DNA of 64,000 nucleotides from Prasinococcaceae sp. CCMP 1430 (GCA_013416795.1 RQSC01000858.1:47718-111717), one strand, 5' to 3'; positions 12,901 through 23,827 are shown, counted from the first letter of the stretch. Translations and numbers: made by a program. Notes: generated by a model from the sequence alone, not told the origin.

Positions 12901-13302
12901 GCAGTTCAGTCACCTGCGGCTGGCTTCGGCACCCCGAGCGGGTTCGGCCAACCCACCAGTGGCGCATCGCCGGGCGCTGCTAGCCCGGGTTTTGGCGCGG
13001 CGGCGGGAAGCGGCAACGCCTTCGCCTCGGCTAAAGCGGGGGGCAACATCTTTGGCGGAGGAGCCAGCCCCGCCGGCAACGCGTTCGGCGCGGCGGCCGC
13101 AAGCAGCGGAACACCCTTCGGCGCAGCGGCCGCAGGCGGCGGCAATCCCTTTGGCGCAGCGGCAACGGGAGGCGGCAACGCCTTTGGCACAGCGACTGCT
13201 GGAGGTGGCGGCGTTTTCGGCGCACAACCTGGCGGCGCCTTCGGCGCGGGAGCCTCGCCCGGAGGCCCACCTGGCGGCGCCTTTTCGCAAATGCGAAAAT
13301 AG
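6991..13302 (+). CDS. NUP214: Nup214/Nup159-like FG nucleoporin (N-terminal beta-propeller, central coiled coil, FG repeats)
   Basis: 2103-aa ORF; WD-like N-terminus, coiled-coil stretch at ~10100-10700, dense FG motifs, C-terminal FSQMRK; TGTAA at 13401. Confidence 0.8.
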   Translation: MAEPVEVATVAPSEEVETDAFFFRLRAKLRLPAGSGGAARSARLLAGAQRAGVAAAACDSGVALVRTDALIAGGRDGSNLRTLPGVAFVEMRALLAVSLSADGSLLACATPRSLYIYGSAALLADGAAATAPREIFTLGMDEGEIVQAEFSTHAPHRLLLVTSTGMAYVLQIDANGASGAKLALEGSGDAVAAAWAPAGDVVAIARSDDIICVGADDAKVRWSVRLGEGAMEESMAGLEGALFVEALRWPTDATLLCTVGSADEGDETSALVALDVRSGSAEVAACDVEMGLGIFEDDLTSGSRQRALTHCAAVEQWGVAVVADRRASDDHLNLVSCAWDRSAEQPSPCLLRIAEDIALARVEMVDGNDDFVVGLCMDLTRASDAVDDPRDDEAPAVPCAPLLLALTSAGVLWCYALAAADSDVPVPARDVISAPAAIPELEASQAEAAAPEQPPAEGGSSNDTAEAEGESSQGLGALGAALGAALPDSDDDEESGASAEESVGEVGAGSVAPAAVQSALPDGETEDSTQAGGGRAGTSDDDTDESEVESPFRQEGATEEEPFSFRPSTAAQPGATFSFSQPATPAPGSATKPMTVNPLFSATASGAGIFGAPTTPPESATATPLFGATKPPLFGTPSSGKPAFGALPGGKESDSEPPKEAKPPVAAFPPAAAAMPAFGAAAETKESKPAAAGAFPAAAAAVPVFGASAVPAAAGAFPPAAAAVPAFGAAPAKDTKSSAAAAFPPAAAAVPAFGATPTKEDKKTSAAAAFPPASVPVPAFGAPAKKEDKKAPAAGAFPPATAAVPAFGAAPTKDKKPAAAAAFPPAAAAVPAFGAPAKKEEKKPAAAAAFPPAAAAVPAFGAPAKKEEKKPAAAAAFPPAAAAVPAFGAPAKKEEKKPAAAAAFPPAAAAVPAFGAPAKKEEKKPAAAAAFPGRFFLLFFGRRRRRKGGRRRRHGRKPRGRFFLLFFGRRPAAFPPATAAVPPFGTPAKSPTDSEAASVEPSPAAGDKKTATPPRPVPTPYTPPAPKFGQVDNAQSVEAAFSTEIDSVKSAGEGLAEVIKAIQIGAPTAPFQGVVASHTLPERTAALADRVAALRERADGVRPRMCVLKDRLIDVKVGIAEAEASSAVTLASDGVVAELADERPLPPPAAARRDQLRRHYEIIVGRLAEVMDDLEARERAVESAAAAGAPRKSPAASREPPPSQLYGTIETQRAISRAHARRFDAIEKRMVVLGMLSSSHAAANGTSPVRGSPMPLISASPSVLRSVGNLSSAGGGASSIRQRLAGRLAQDRSPRVTSAKKSTPDSQLRAKGSVPLALAFDATDASTASPAASSMSISQAVREESSASMSVSSAPSQKTVMGTSSVSGLGAFGKKPAASKRSAQPADSAASSAKSVSGKPNGKTSSEKPASTSTIPPATAAVPAFGVPAKKDGKSAAAAAFPPAAAAVPAFGAAPAKETKPAASATYPPSTASVPAFGAAPKKADKRPAAAAAAFPPAAAAVPAFGAPAKKEEKKPAAAAAFPPAAAAVPAFGAPAKKEEKKPAAAAAFPPAAAAVPAFGAPAKKEEKKPAAAAAFPPAAAAVPAFGAPAKKEEKKPAAAAAFPPAAAAVPAFGAPAKKEEKKPAAFPPAAAAVPAFGAPAKEKSTPAGAFPPTTGAVPVFGSSAKEDKPAAVSALPPTTAAVPAFSAPAAKEDKSQAAVGAFSPAAAAAPAFGSVAKSAEAPLAGFGSTVALGSGSTAAPALAFGSSGAKPASDAPTTPPAFGTSTPAPAFGKPPSTPAPSTAGASGPVFGGAASTPASAAASTPAFGAASSTTPAFNLSLGSGSATTPAGATPSPQNVFGKGMTTSLGAASPSAGGFGQAPSFGSSMGGPVQSTPSPFGAAAAAKTSQPSFGTPSTMGGAAGSTGAAAFGAPAAMGSSAAATGAATMTGVPAFGQSSAFGGGAASPSPSAAGSFGTFGKPAGGGFAASAVQSPAAGFGTPSGFGQPTSGASPGAASPGFGAAAGSGNAFASAKAGGNIFGGGASPAGNAFGAAAASSGTPFGAAAAGGGNPFGAAATGGGNAFGTATAGGGGVFGAQPGGAFGAGASPGGPPGGAFSQMRK
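9439..9785 (+). repeat. 81-bp coding minisatellite array 1 (PAAAAAFPPAAAAVPAFGAPAKKEEKK)
   Basis: Unit starts at 9520, 9601, 9682, 9763. Confidence 0.92.
11455..11910 (+). repeat. 81-bp coding minisatellite array 2, same unit
   Basis: About five near-identical units visible. Confidence 0.92.
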
Positions 13303-13446
13303 CCGCTGGTGGGTTTCGTTGGCCTAGTCTAATACAGCAGCACCCCCAGCGTGTGCAGGAGGGGCGCGCTCCTCGAGGAGTTCGTGCGGCGTGCTGCGCA
13401 TGTAAGATACATCACTCTATAATTATCGACGTTGACTCGCCAGGGA

Positions 13447-14762
13447 CTACTCGGTTGCGGCGTATTCCACGTCCTCCTTGAGGCGCTGCCCCCCCGCGAG
13501 CGTCGCGAAAGCCGCAAGACCGATGACGTAATGCGCGGCGCACAGCGTGAAGGCCGTGGTCCAGCCCTCAGAGGTGCCATCTGCGGCGCCTAGCACTGCG
13601 CCAGTCAACGGTACTGCGACTAAACCAGCCATTGTCGCGGCAGTGTTTCCTGCAGCAAAGAGCTGCCCCGCGCCCGCCGGCGCAACATCGAGGGCATTCG
13701 CGCTCACACCTGCCAACGTGAGCGCGTTTGCGGCGGAGCCTGCAATGACGAGCGCAACAGCAGTGTCGGGCTCCGTCCCAGGGCGCACAGCCAGCATCAG
13801 ACACAGTGCGGGCGCGAGCATGCCGACAGATTGGGCAGCTACGCGAACTGCTCGTCGCTCGGAGCCCCGTCCGATCGCCGCGTCCGCTGCCAAGCCTGCA
13901 AACACGCCAACGGCGGCCTGCAGAAGGTAGGGCGCCGCCGCAGCGGTGCCTAACGCCTCGGCGGACTGCCGCCCTCCCTGCTCCTCCAGCCAAGTAGGCA
14001 GCCAACTCACGAGTCCGTACATGCCATACGAGTTGAAGTACTGGGCAGCCATGATCGCCACCGCCTGCGGAGTCCTCAGCAGAGGCCAATTCACGCTACC
14101 GAGCATCGAGTCAAGCTTCGTAGCGAGGCTGTCACGTTTTCGACCCGTCACCGACGCCTGCGCGGTCGAAGGTGTGGCCATCGACGAGTATTCGTCGGTG
14201 CGCCCGGCCGCACGGGCGCCGCGGGCGGGCAGTAACGTCGCGAGTGGCAACCACAGCAGGGCCAGCGCTCCAAAGAGGTAAAATGCGTACGGCCAGCCGA
14301 GCTCCTCGCTGTCAACAAGGAAGGGCACAACCTTGAAAGCAGCTGCCACCCCCAGGTAGCTCGCGGCGGTGGCGACGCCTACCGCAGCCGACTGCTGCCG
14401 CGGAGGCACGCTCGCGGAGATGAGGCTGTGGCAAGCTGGGAAGCACAGTCCCTCTGCTGCACCCAGCGCCGCGCGCACCAGCAGCAGCGGCGCGGCGCCC
14501 AGGCGCGCCGCCGAGGGCGTTGCCAGCGTCGCCAGCCCCCACGCGAGCACGCCGACGGCGAGCACTTCGCGCCCGCCATTCCGGTCAGCCACCGACCCGG
14601 CCGCAATTTGTGTGGCGCCGTAGCCCAGAAAGAATGCGCCGAGCACCTCGCCCGTCTCGGCATAGCCCAACCCTAGCTCCTTCGCGAGCGCGGGCGCGGC
14701 GACAGCGGCGACAGAGCGGTCGGCGTACGATACGGCCACGGCAGCGGCGCAGATGAGCGTCA
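13447..14762 (-). CDS. MFS anion:cation symporter (SLC17/PHT4-like); upstream exon not resolved
   Basis: YADRS, AFFLGYGATQIAAGSVADRNGG, RAALGAAEGLCFPA, WLPTW motifs; ~12 hydrophobic segments; CAG acceptor at 14763 and CTGAC near 14803. Confidence 0.88.
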
Positions 14763-15437
14763 CTGCGCCGCGCCACGGCGTGGCAGGACCGCACGCTCAT
14801 GTCAGAGCTTCGCCAAGCGGATGTCTCGCCTTTGCGGGTGGGCGCAAGCGCACGCACACACTCTTGCGCAGCTAGCGCAGCAGCGACCCGCGGCACTGAC
14901 CTCCGAGGCCGTCCATGACGCCACTGGGCGGCATTTCGGCCGCTCGTTGCTCGGCCCTGCTCCTGCTGTCGTTGCCCTGCGAGCGTTGCGCACTGCCCGA
15001 TCGCGGGCGCTGCCTGCGCACCCGCGGCGAGTCCCTCGAGCTACCGCTCGCGCGCCGGGGGTGGCACTGCGGGGCGCGGGCGCAGGGGAGGACACACATA
15101 CAGCGCGCGGGCGTACGGCACCAGAGGGGGAGGGGAGGAGGGGTCGCGCCTGACGACACGCAGGGAGGCCGCCCGCGCGATCGCGCCCGCGCTTGCGCGC
15201 GGTTGCGCGCGCCCGCGGGCCTCCGCCGTGACAGGCTGCAGGGACCAACACGGCGCTCGATGGCCTCGGAGCTTGCGCGCGCGGCCCACGCGATGGAGCC
15301 CGCGTGCGCCGTGTCCGTGCAGCGCAGACGCCTTCCGCGGCGACGCGACTCGGCGGTCTGCCGAGCGTGCGCTGAGTGGCACCGCTTGACATGCGCACAT
15401 GTACCAAAGGATTATACACAAGGCACACGCGGGCGCG

Positions 15438-17026
15438 TCAGAAGCCCCAGTCGCGTCCGGCGCTGCCGACGCCCTCGTCCCCAGCTTGGCCCGCGCGCGC
15501 GTCCGCGCTCGCGCGCGCCTCCGAGCGCCGCAACTCCTCGAGCCGCTCCTCCTCCGCCGCCGCCTCCGCCTTCTCCCGCTCCTCTAGCTCGAGCTGCTGC
15601 TGCTGCTGCCGCGCGCGCTTGGCGCGCTTTGCTGCGTTGGGCTGGCTCTTCTGGCCCGCGAGGTACACCTCGTTCTTGAGCGCGTGCCGCAGGTAGGCCG
15701 CCTGCGCGGGCGGCGGGAGGCGCACGCCGCGCGCGTCGGTGGTCAGCGCCGCGCAACCGCGGTCTCGCACGCGTGGCCCGTAGTCCGCTTGCGCGCGCGC
15801 GCACGCACCTTTTCGGCCTCGCCGCCGCAGGCCTCCCACTCCTTGTATCCCAGGCTCAGCGTGTGCCATCCGTCGCGGCGCAGCGCGTGGAGCTTCTTGC
15901 GGGTCATGCCGTTGAGCCTGCCGCCCGCGTCGAAGTGCGTGGGGCCCTGCACCTCGATGGCGAGCATGTGGTTGGCGGTGACCACGCCGATGTCAGCGAC
16001 GAGCCCGCTCTCGGTGACCACCTCGTTCTCGTGCTCGATGCCCATCGCAGCGAGCGCCGCGCTCACGTCGCGGTGCAGCGCTGAGCTCGCGCCGAGCTCG
16101 GCCGCGCGGCGTGGGCGCTCGCGCTCGCGCCAGTCGGCGGCCACGCCGGCAAGCTCGGGCGGTAGCACGTCGGGCTCCGCGCGCAGCTGCAGCAGCGCGC
16201 GCGCTCGCAGCGCCGCCCGCCGCTGGGCGACGTCCGCGACGGCCTGCTGCGTGCGTCGCGGGAAGCCGCGAATCTCGCCGCGGTCAGCGGCGGCGAACAC
16301 GCCCTCGAGCGCGCCGAATTGGCGCACGAGCGCGCGTGCCTGGCGCGCGCCCACGCCCTTCATGCCAGGCACGCCGTCGTCTGCCTTGCCCAGCGCGCCC
16401 AGGTAGTCCGAGTAGAGCTCGGGGGGCAGGCCCCACTCGGCGAGGAAGCTCTCGGCGGTCACGAGCTCCCACTGCTGCGGCCGCTGGCGCGTGGCGAACT
16501 CGTGCGTGCGCAGCCAGGCAACGTTGGGGTAGGCGAGCAGCGCGGAGTAGTCCTCGTCGGCGCCGCAAACGAGCACGCGCTCGGGCGCGCCGCCGCCCGG
16601 CTTGGATAGCAGCGCGCAGAGCGTGGCAGCCAGGTCGTCGCCCTCGTGCAGCGGGTGCGCGATGACCGCGTCCCAGCCCGCGTCGCGCGCCCACTGCGCT
16701 GGCGCCAGCGCGCCACGGGGCCGCAGCGTGGCGCCGCCTGAGCGGCGCGCAACCGCGGCGGCCGCGCGCTCGCGCGCCGAGGCCGTGGGGTCGGAGCGCG
16801 AGCGGTCGCGCTTGGCGTTGTACGCGCCGCCGCTCGACGAGTAGCGGAGCGTCGTCGCCTTGCCGTGCCCCGAGTCGAAGACGGCGAACGCCGCACGTGG
16901 CCGCGCGTGCGCGACAAGCCGCGCGAGGTACTCCTCGAAGAAGTCGCGCGCCAGGCGCGCGTGCGCCGAGCGCGCGCCGTCTGCGCCCGCGCCGCCCGCC
17001 GAGGCCGCCGCTGACGAGGCCGCCAT
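15438..17026 (-). CDS. PolI-type 5'-3' exonuclease/flap nuclease domain fused to a C-terminal RAP domain; intron 15702-15808
   Basis: AVFD..YNAKR, EGDDLAATL, GADEDY, H3TH GVPGMKGVG; then LAIEVQGPTHF..GMTRKKLHALRRDGW..LGYKEW (RAP consensus). Confidence 0.82.
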
Positions 17027-17312
17027 CTTCCAACACCCTCCCGCCCACACGCGCCTCCAACTCCCCCCCAACTTTCGCGAGGCACCCGCCGGCCGCGCCG
17101 GAGGGCGAGGCAGGCGCCGCCCGCCCCGCGCGCGCGCTGTGGCGCGCGCAAAAAAAAAACATTTTAAAACAAAATCATAATCAAAATTAAAATTAAAAAC
17201 GCATGAAAAACGCCGTGTTGCTGTGTCTCATCACACGCACGCCTCCAGGCGCCCGCCCGCTGAAGAGTCTCCCGTGGGTAATTTGATCGGATCGATCAGA
17301 TCAGATCGCAAC

Positions 17313-17755
17313 GCCGACGGATTCCGAATCGGGGTTAGGGTTGGGTGTTTTGGTGCTAGGGTTTGCGTCGAAGAAAAAATTGGAGAGAAAAAAGTGCAGC
17401 GCGGTTAGGGTCGAGTGTTTGTTATTAGGGTTTGCGTCGAAGCACAAAGCTTCACGTAAAAGCTTCAAAGGAAGAGAAAGCCGACGGATTCCGAATCGGG
17501 GTTAGGGTTGAGTGTTTGGTATTAGGGTTTGCGTCGAAGCACAAAGCAAAGCTTTACGTACAGTAAAAGCCTCAAAGGCAGAGGGAAAAAGTGCAGCGCG
17601 GGCGGTGCCACGTGTGCCGCGGGCGAGGCGGGGGAAACCGTGCTTTTTTGCCTTTCGGGCGGTGCTGCGACTTGACCCGAAACCCCCGGGCGCGCCGCAA
17701 CCAGCACAGCGCCGTCAAAAAGCGTTCGATCGGAGAATGAGATCAAACCCTAAAT
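17313..17755. promoter_or_regulatory. Telo-box-rich promoter island with internal direct repeats
   Basis: Multiple TAGGGTT(T)/AAACCCTAA; GCCGACGGATTCCGAATCGGGGTTAGGGTTG at 17313 and 17480. Confidence 0.6.
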
Positions 17756-17848
17756 GTGTGTATACCTTAAATGTTTTTTGAGTCGTGGGGGCGATGGCGG
17801 CCCGCCTCGGCGGTCGGCGCGGCCGGAGCGCCCCCTCGCGCGCGCGCC

Positions 17849-18259
17849 NNNNNNNNNNNNNNNNNNNNNNNNNNNNNNNNNNNNNNNNNNNNNNNNNNNN
17901 NNNNNNNNNNNNNNNNNNNNNNNNNNNNNNNNNNNNNNNNNNNNNNNNNNNNNNNNNNNNNNNNNNNNNNNNNNNNNNNNNNNNNNNNNNNNNNNNNNNN
18001 NNNNNNNNNNNNNNNNNNNNNNNNNNNNNNNNNNNNNNNNNNNNNNNNNNNNNNNNNNNNNNNNNNNNNNNNNNNNNNNNNNNNNNNNNNNNNNNNNNNN
18101 NNNNNNNNNNNNNNNNNNNNNNNNNNNNNNNNNNNNNNNNNNNNNNNNNNNNNNNNNNNNNNNNNNNNNNNNNNNNNNNNNNNNNNNNNNNNNNNNNNNN
18201 NNNNNNNNNNNNNNNNNNNNNNNNNNNNNNNNNNNNNNNNNNNNNNNNNNNNNNNNNNN
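17849..18259. other. Assembly gap (N run)
   Basis: Directly visible. Confidence 0.99.
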
Positions 18260-18260
18260 T

Positions 18261-20658
18261 GCCAGCGCGCGTGCGCTCGCACCGCGCGCGCGGCGCGCCG
18301 CTGCGCGCCGCGTCGGTCACGCCCGACTCGGCGATCGACTTTGAGGACGACGACGAGGATGAGGACGGCCCGCCGCCGACGTGGGAGACGCCCGCGCGGC
18401 CCGAGTACTTCCCGCCGGGCGTGCCCAAGCCGTCGGACGGCCTCGCCGCCGGCGGCTACGACATCGAGGAGTGGTCGCCGGAGCCCACACCCGCGGTAGA
18501 GCGCGGCATGTTCGACTCGTGGGGGCAGCAGTACGACGAGCTCAAGGACGTGTGGGTGTACAAAGGCGCCAGCGTGGCCGATCCGGAGGCACCCACGCTG
18601 CCCATTGACACGCGCTCGACGGTGGAGGACGTCTCCATGGGCTGGACGACGCCCTTCGTGCCCGTGGGGCGCACGGAGTACGAGGACGGGGCGCGCGCGA
18701 CGGCGCGCTACAGGGCGGTGCACGAGTACACGTCGATGATGCAGTTGCGCTCCGCGGAGGCGAAAGTTGCGCGCTGGGCGCAGGAGGTGGACTTCTGGGA
18801 GTACGAGTTCAAAAAGATAAACCGCGTCATCAACGCGCAGGTGCTCGACGCGTGGCAGACCGAGCGGGTCAGCGAAGAGCAGGCGGGCGGCGCCGCCGAG
18901 GCCGCCGGAGACGAGGCGGGCGACGCGGGCGACGCGCCCGCCGCCGGGCGGGGGTCTGAGGCGGCGCGGACGCCCGCGTTCCTGCGCGGTGGCGCGCCCG
19001 ACCCCTCCGACTTCCGCGCCCAGTCGCAGCGCGGCGCGTGGCTGTACGCGGCGGCGCTCTCCCTGGGCGAGTGGTGCGAGGACGGCCAGCCCGTGCCGCC
19101 CGCGGTGGAGATCCGCGCGCGCGAGATGGAGGCGGCGTTCCACGCGCCGCGCTACGAGCACTGCTGGGAGGGCGACGATGACATGCGCGCCGCGCTCGTG
19201 TTCGGCGCATGCGAGTCGCTCGAGGAGGAGCGCTACGAGCGCGTCGCGCACGAGGGGCTGGCCGCGCGCGGCGTGTACGACGAGGTGCAGGGGAGGGCAG
19301 CCTTTGAGGAGGGCATCGACTGGCGCCACGTGCTGCAGCGCGCCAACGATCTGTGCTTCGCGTGGGCCGACCGCACGCAGCAGCGGGTGGAGAAGGACGC
19401 GTGGTTTGACCGCTACGACCGCGGCGAGATCCTGGACATGTGTGGCACCGACGAGGAGCCATGGTTCCTCAAGGAGGACGGCCGCCGCCCCGCCAAGGGG
19501 CCCTTCGACTGGATCGGTCGCCGCGCGCCCGAGGCCAAGTTCGGCGCGCTCGCGCCGCCCGATGAGCGGGAGGTACCCGAGCCTGCCTTCGACGTCGCCG
19601 AGGACGTGTCGGGCATGGAGACGGCCCCGGTTGGCGAGTACGAGGTGATCGAGCTCGATCAGCCCACGCCCATTCACAAGCCCTTCCCGACGGTTGCCGC
19701 GCTGCAGAAGGACACGTCGTACGCCGATGCGGTGGACTCGACCATTGACTGGGACCAGGCGCGCTTCGCGGAGGGCCAGCCGCTTGATCCGGACGCATGG
19801 GAGCGCCTCACGGGCGAGCGCCCCGCGTGGGCGGACATTGTGAAGGACGTGGACACGATCGTCGACAGCGAGCTGGTGCGCTCCATTGAGCCCGGCCGCA
19901 CGGTCGACGGCGACGCCGGTGGGCCCGGCGTGAGAGGGGCGGCCGCGGGGGGCGCGCTCGGCGCGGGGGGCGGCGCAGACGAGTTGAGCAAGGACGACGA
20001 CGCGCTCGTGTCTGACCTCCTTGCCGACATGCCGCTGGACCTCGACGGGGCCGATGCTGAAGCGGCCGCGGCGAGCACTGCGCAACTCGCGAGCCGGCTG
20101 CCATACGGCTACGGGGCGGAGGGCCTCCCGGCGGACGGTGCCGGGGGCATGAGCCGCTCTCTGGCCCCCGAGGCGCTGGCGGTGCTGCGTGAGGCGCTCG
20201 ATGGGCCTCCGGCCATGACCTCGACGCCCAGTGGGGACGAGCTCATGCAGCTGGTGCACCGCTCGGGCCTCTCGCCCAAGCAGGTGCGCTCCTGGTTCTA
20301 TAGGCAGTTCGCGCAACGGCGGAAGGAGCGCGCGTCCGCGGCCGAGGCGGCGGCGGCCGCCGCCGCCGAGAACGAGCTGGGCGAGACAGCCAGGCCGGGC
20401 GAGGCCGCGCAGGCCACCCAGCAGCAAGCGCAGCAGCAGCAGGAGGAGCAAGAGGCGCGGGGGGAGGGCGGCTGGAGCCGCGCGCTGCCACCGCAGGCCG
20501 TGGCAATGCTCGAGGACACCATCCCTGGGCTGCTCGAGAGGGGGCTCACCAAGCCCAGCCGCGATGAAGCCGAGATGCTCGCCAGCCAGACTGGGCTCAC
20601 CCTGCAGCAGATCCAGGACTGGTACTACCGCTGCCGCGCCCTGCGTGGCGGCAACTGA
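18261..20658 (+). CDS. Acidic protein with two C-terminal homeodomain-like units; N-terminus in the gap
   Basis: Long ORF with strong coding bias; PSGDELMQLVHRSGLSPKQVRSWF and PSRDEAEMLASQTGLTLQQIQDWY. Confidence 0.75.
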
Positions 20659-20934
20659 GCGGCTCGCGACGCTGCCGATGCTGCATGCCGATTCCTAACA
20701 TTTGGTTACAAACACTTCATCAACCGACCGCGCCTCTCGCCGCCGCCATCGCTGCGAGCGACGCGTCGCGCCTGTGACCCGTCCGTGCAACACGCTCACC
20801 TCGAACGCGCCGCTGCAAAAATGAGGGCCACTGCTGCTATCCCTGGCTAGCTGAAAGAGGGCACAGTCATCGCTGTCACCGTCCTCATTCCATGTAGCGC
20901 CCCGTTCGCCGTCGTTCGTACTGCGTCGCTGCCA

Positions 20935-23115
20935 TCAGGCACGTCGCACGCCGCTTTCGTGATGCAACTCGCATAGCACATGCGCCGCGTCGGACTCGTC
21001 CGACATCTCCGCCGCGTGAATGGGCGTGTTCTTGTCTCCTCTGGCGGGCGCGGCGACGGCCTTGTTGCTCGCTCCGCCCGCGCCGCTGACACGGCGACCG
21101 CTGCCAGCGCGCGGCGTGTGCTCTTTCTTGGAACGCGCGCCTCCAGCGCCGCCGGTGCCGCCGCCGCCTGTGGCGGTGGCGCTCGTCTGCAAGCTCGTGT
21201 TCGCGTCCGAATTGCGCATGGCATCGGCTCTCTTTGCTTTTGTGTTGTCGTCGGTGGCGCCGCGGCCGGGCGCTCCCTGACGTGCTGCGGCTACTCCGTC
21301 GCAGCGGGCGATGGGCGGATGCGATGTCGGCGGCGAATGCTGCGGCACATCCGACGGCTTTCCTCCGCCACGATGCTGCGGCTTCGGCTGCGCCTGATGT
21401 GCGCGATGTGCCGCTGCGGCGGCGTCACCAGCGGCTGGGCCGGGGGCAGTCCCAGCGTCGGTGACCGACGTAGGGCCGACGCCACATTGCTGTTCGTGCT
21501 GCCGCACCACAGATGTAGATGCGTACTCGTTTGCGCCCAGCCAATGGTCCCAGGACACCCAACCGGCGTCTTTGTAGGCCTTGTGCGGCTGGCGCGGCAT
21601 GTCATCTGGCCGCTTGTTCTGCCGGCACCACGCCTGCCAGTCTTGCTGTCGTGTGAAGCGCAGCGCGCGTGCCTTGCTCAGCGCGGCGTCGAAGCTGAGC
21701 ATAGGCCCCGCTTCGCTTGACTTGCGCTTCGGAGCGGCGCCTGGGACGGTCCCGAGCCAGTCGCGCCATGAGATCCAGCCGTACATCCGGTACACTTGGT
21801 GCGGGTTCGAGGGTATGTCGGCGGGCTTCTCGCCGCTCTGAACCCACTTCCAGTACTCGCGCTGCGAGAGGATGCCCTTCGCGCGCACGGCGTTGCGCGC
21901 CTGCTCGAAGAGCAAGTAGCGGGTCCCCACTCCGGATTTGCGCCGCCGGTTGGTGGTCGAGTCGTCGACCGTGCCATCGAGCCGCTGCGCGCCCGATGCA
22001 GTGGCGTCCTTGCTCATGTCGCCACCGGCGCCACCCTTCTCGTCGTTCGTCTCGGCGGCAGCGGGGCGCTGGGCCCCAGACGCCCCGTCTGCACCAGTGC
22101 CATGCCCATCGAGGAGCGCCGGTGGCACGCGCGCGCTGCCCGGGGGCAGCGCTGCCAGCGTGCGCTTCGTTGATGACTTCCTCCTCTTCTGCGGAGGGTG
22201 CGCTGCGTCCTCCCCTGTTCCCCCGCTCTTCTTATCGTCGCTTGCAAGGTCGGCGACCGCCACTGAGGACCGCTTCCTGGGCTTGCCGGACCTGCCTCGA
22301 GGTGACGCCAGAGACCTCTTGTTGGGCGGCCTCTTCTCTTGGGATGTCGCCCCCTGCGACGCATCGTCGCCGCCCTGCTTCCTCCGCCGCTGCCTCTTGG
22401 CGCCTGCGGCCGCCGCGGCGACGGGCTTGGCATGCAGCGCCTTGGGCGCTGCCGCCCCTCGGGCCGCGGGCACGGAGGAGAGGCCGCCCCTGCTGGCCAC
22501 GCCGCCCTGCGGCGCCAGCTGCTCGAGAGATGCTCGCTGGAAGAACGGCGACTGCTGCGGCGGGCGCTGCGCGTTTGTGTGGGGCCGACTGTCGGCCGCC
22601 TGCTGCTGCTGCTGCGTGTGGGGCGGGAGCATGCCGCCGCCCGAGTCGAGCGGCTGCTGGTACATTGCCGACATGGGCCCCATGCCAAGCGACGAGAAGC
22701 CCGGAAGCGAGAGCGACTGCGAGGGCAGCCCGTGGCCGAAGAGCCGCGACGGCGCGGGGGGGAGGGTCACCGAGTGCGTGCCCGGGCCAAAGTCATCGAT
22801 CTGCGTCATGAGGTCTCCCAGCGTCTGCACGCGCTCGTGCTGTTGCGCGCCGCTCTGCATCTGCCACGGCGCGACGGCGAACTGCGACGGGTGGCTCGCC
22901 GGCTGCGGCGCCTGCGGCGGGCGCGCGGGGGGCGGGCAGTGCCCGGCAATGTCTGGTGGCCGCTGCACGCGCGGGGCGAGCATTGACGCTCCCACCAATT
23001 GTGACGTTTTGCCCAATTGTGACGCTCCCAACTGCTCCTGCAGCGGCGGCGGCTGGCCGGCGGCGGTGGCGCCGGGCTCGCGCGGCAGACCCCCTCCCGC
23101 GAACATGAACTGCGC

Positions 23116-23170
<55 letters not shown>

Positions 23171-23337
23171 TGCTGGTAATTGTGTTGTTGCTGCGGCGGC
23201 TGTGGCTGATGCTCTCGCTCCGCAAGCGCCCTCTGCTGCTCGCGCTGCTGCAGGATGGCCGACGCGTGCACGTGCTCGCGCCTCCCGCCGCTGGAAGCTG
23301 CCAGCGCGCCGGGTTCGGGGGGCGGCACTGACGTCAT
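20935..23337 (-). CDS. Low-complexity Q/P-rich probable nuclear protein with two integrase-repeat-like units
   Basis: Poly-Q, NLS-like KRRK; paired units F..AR..VR..G..SQ.EY..W..P..P..P..Y..GW.SW..WLG; TGTAA on minus strand at ~20706. Confidence 0.75.
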
Positions 23338-23827
23338 AGTGGGCGCGCGCGCGATGGAGGTTGGCGCGTGCTCCCCTCCTCCACAAAGCCCTCGGCCCGC
23401 ACGCGCGCGATCGCGCCCGCACGCGCGCCGGCGCCGAGCCACTGTGAAATGTCGCGCACGAGAGAGGCGCGCGCGCGCGGTCCCGGCCCGCAGCGGAGTG
23501 GCACACCGCTACCTCCCTGCTTGCTGCACACGCCTGCCCTCGCCTCGCCCCCTGCTGTCGGTGCGCGTGGGTGCGCCGGCTGGGCTCCCCCAATCCCCCA
23601 CCCCACGCAAAAGTGCGCGCCCGCCGCCCGCGGCCGCCGCGCAGCGGTGCGTGGTGCGCGGTGCGCGGTACGCACCGCTGCGTAGCGCTGCGCCGTGCTG
23701 GCCACGTGACCACGGCGAATGCGCGAATTGCCCAAATCTAAATCTCCTCGCTCACGGCTCGCCCAGCGCCGCCTCGGTGTGCGCGTTAACCAGAGCACCC
23801 CACACGCTCTCTCACGCACGCGCGCAC

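Noticed and set aside
17332-17755. True telomere
   Set aside because: Isolated, non-tandem TAGGGTT motifs inside a promoter island
20935-23337. Integrase or mobile element
   Set aside because: Only repeat-like units; no recombinase catalytic domain, terminal repeats or target-site duplication
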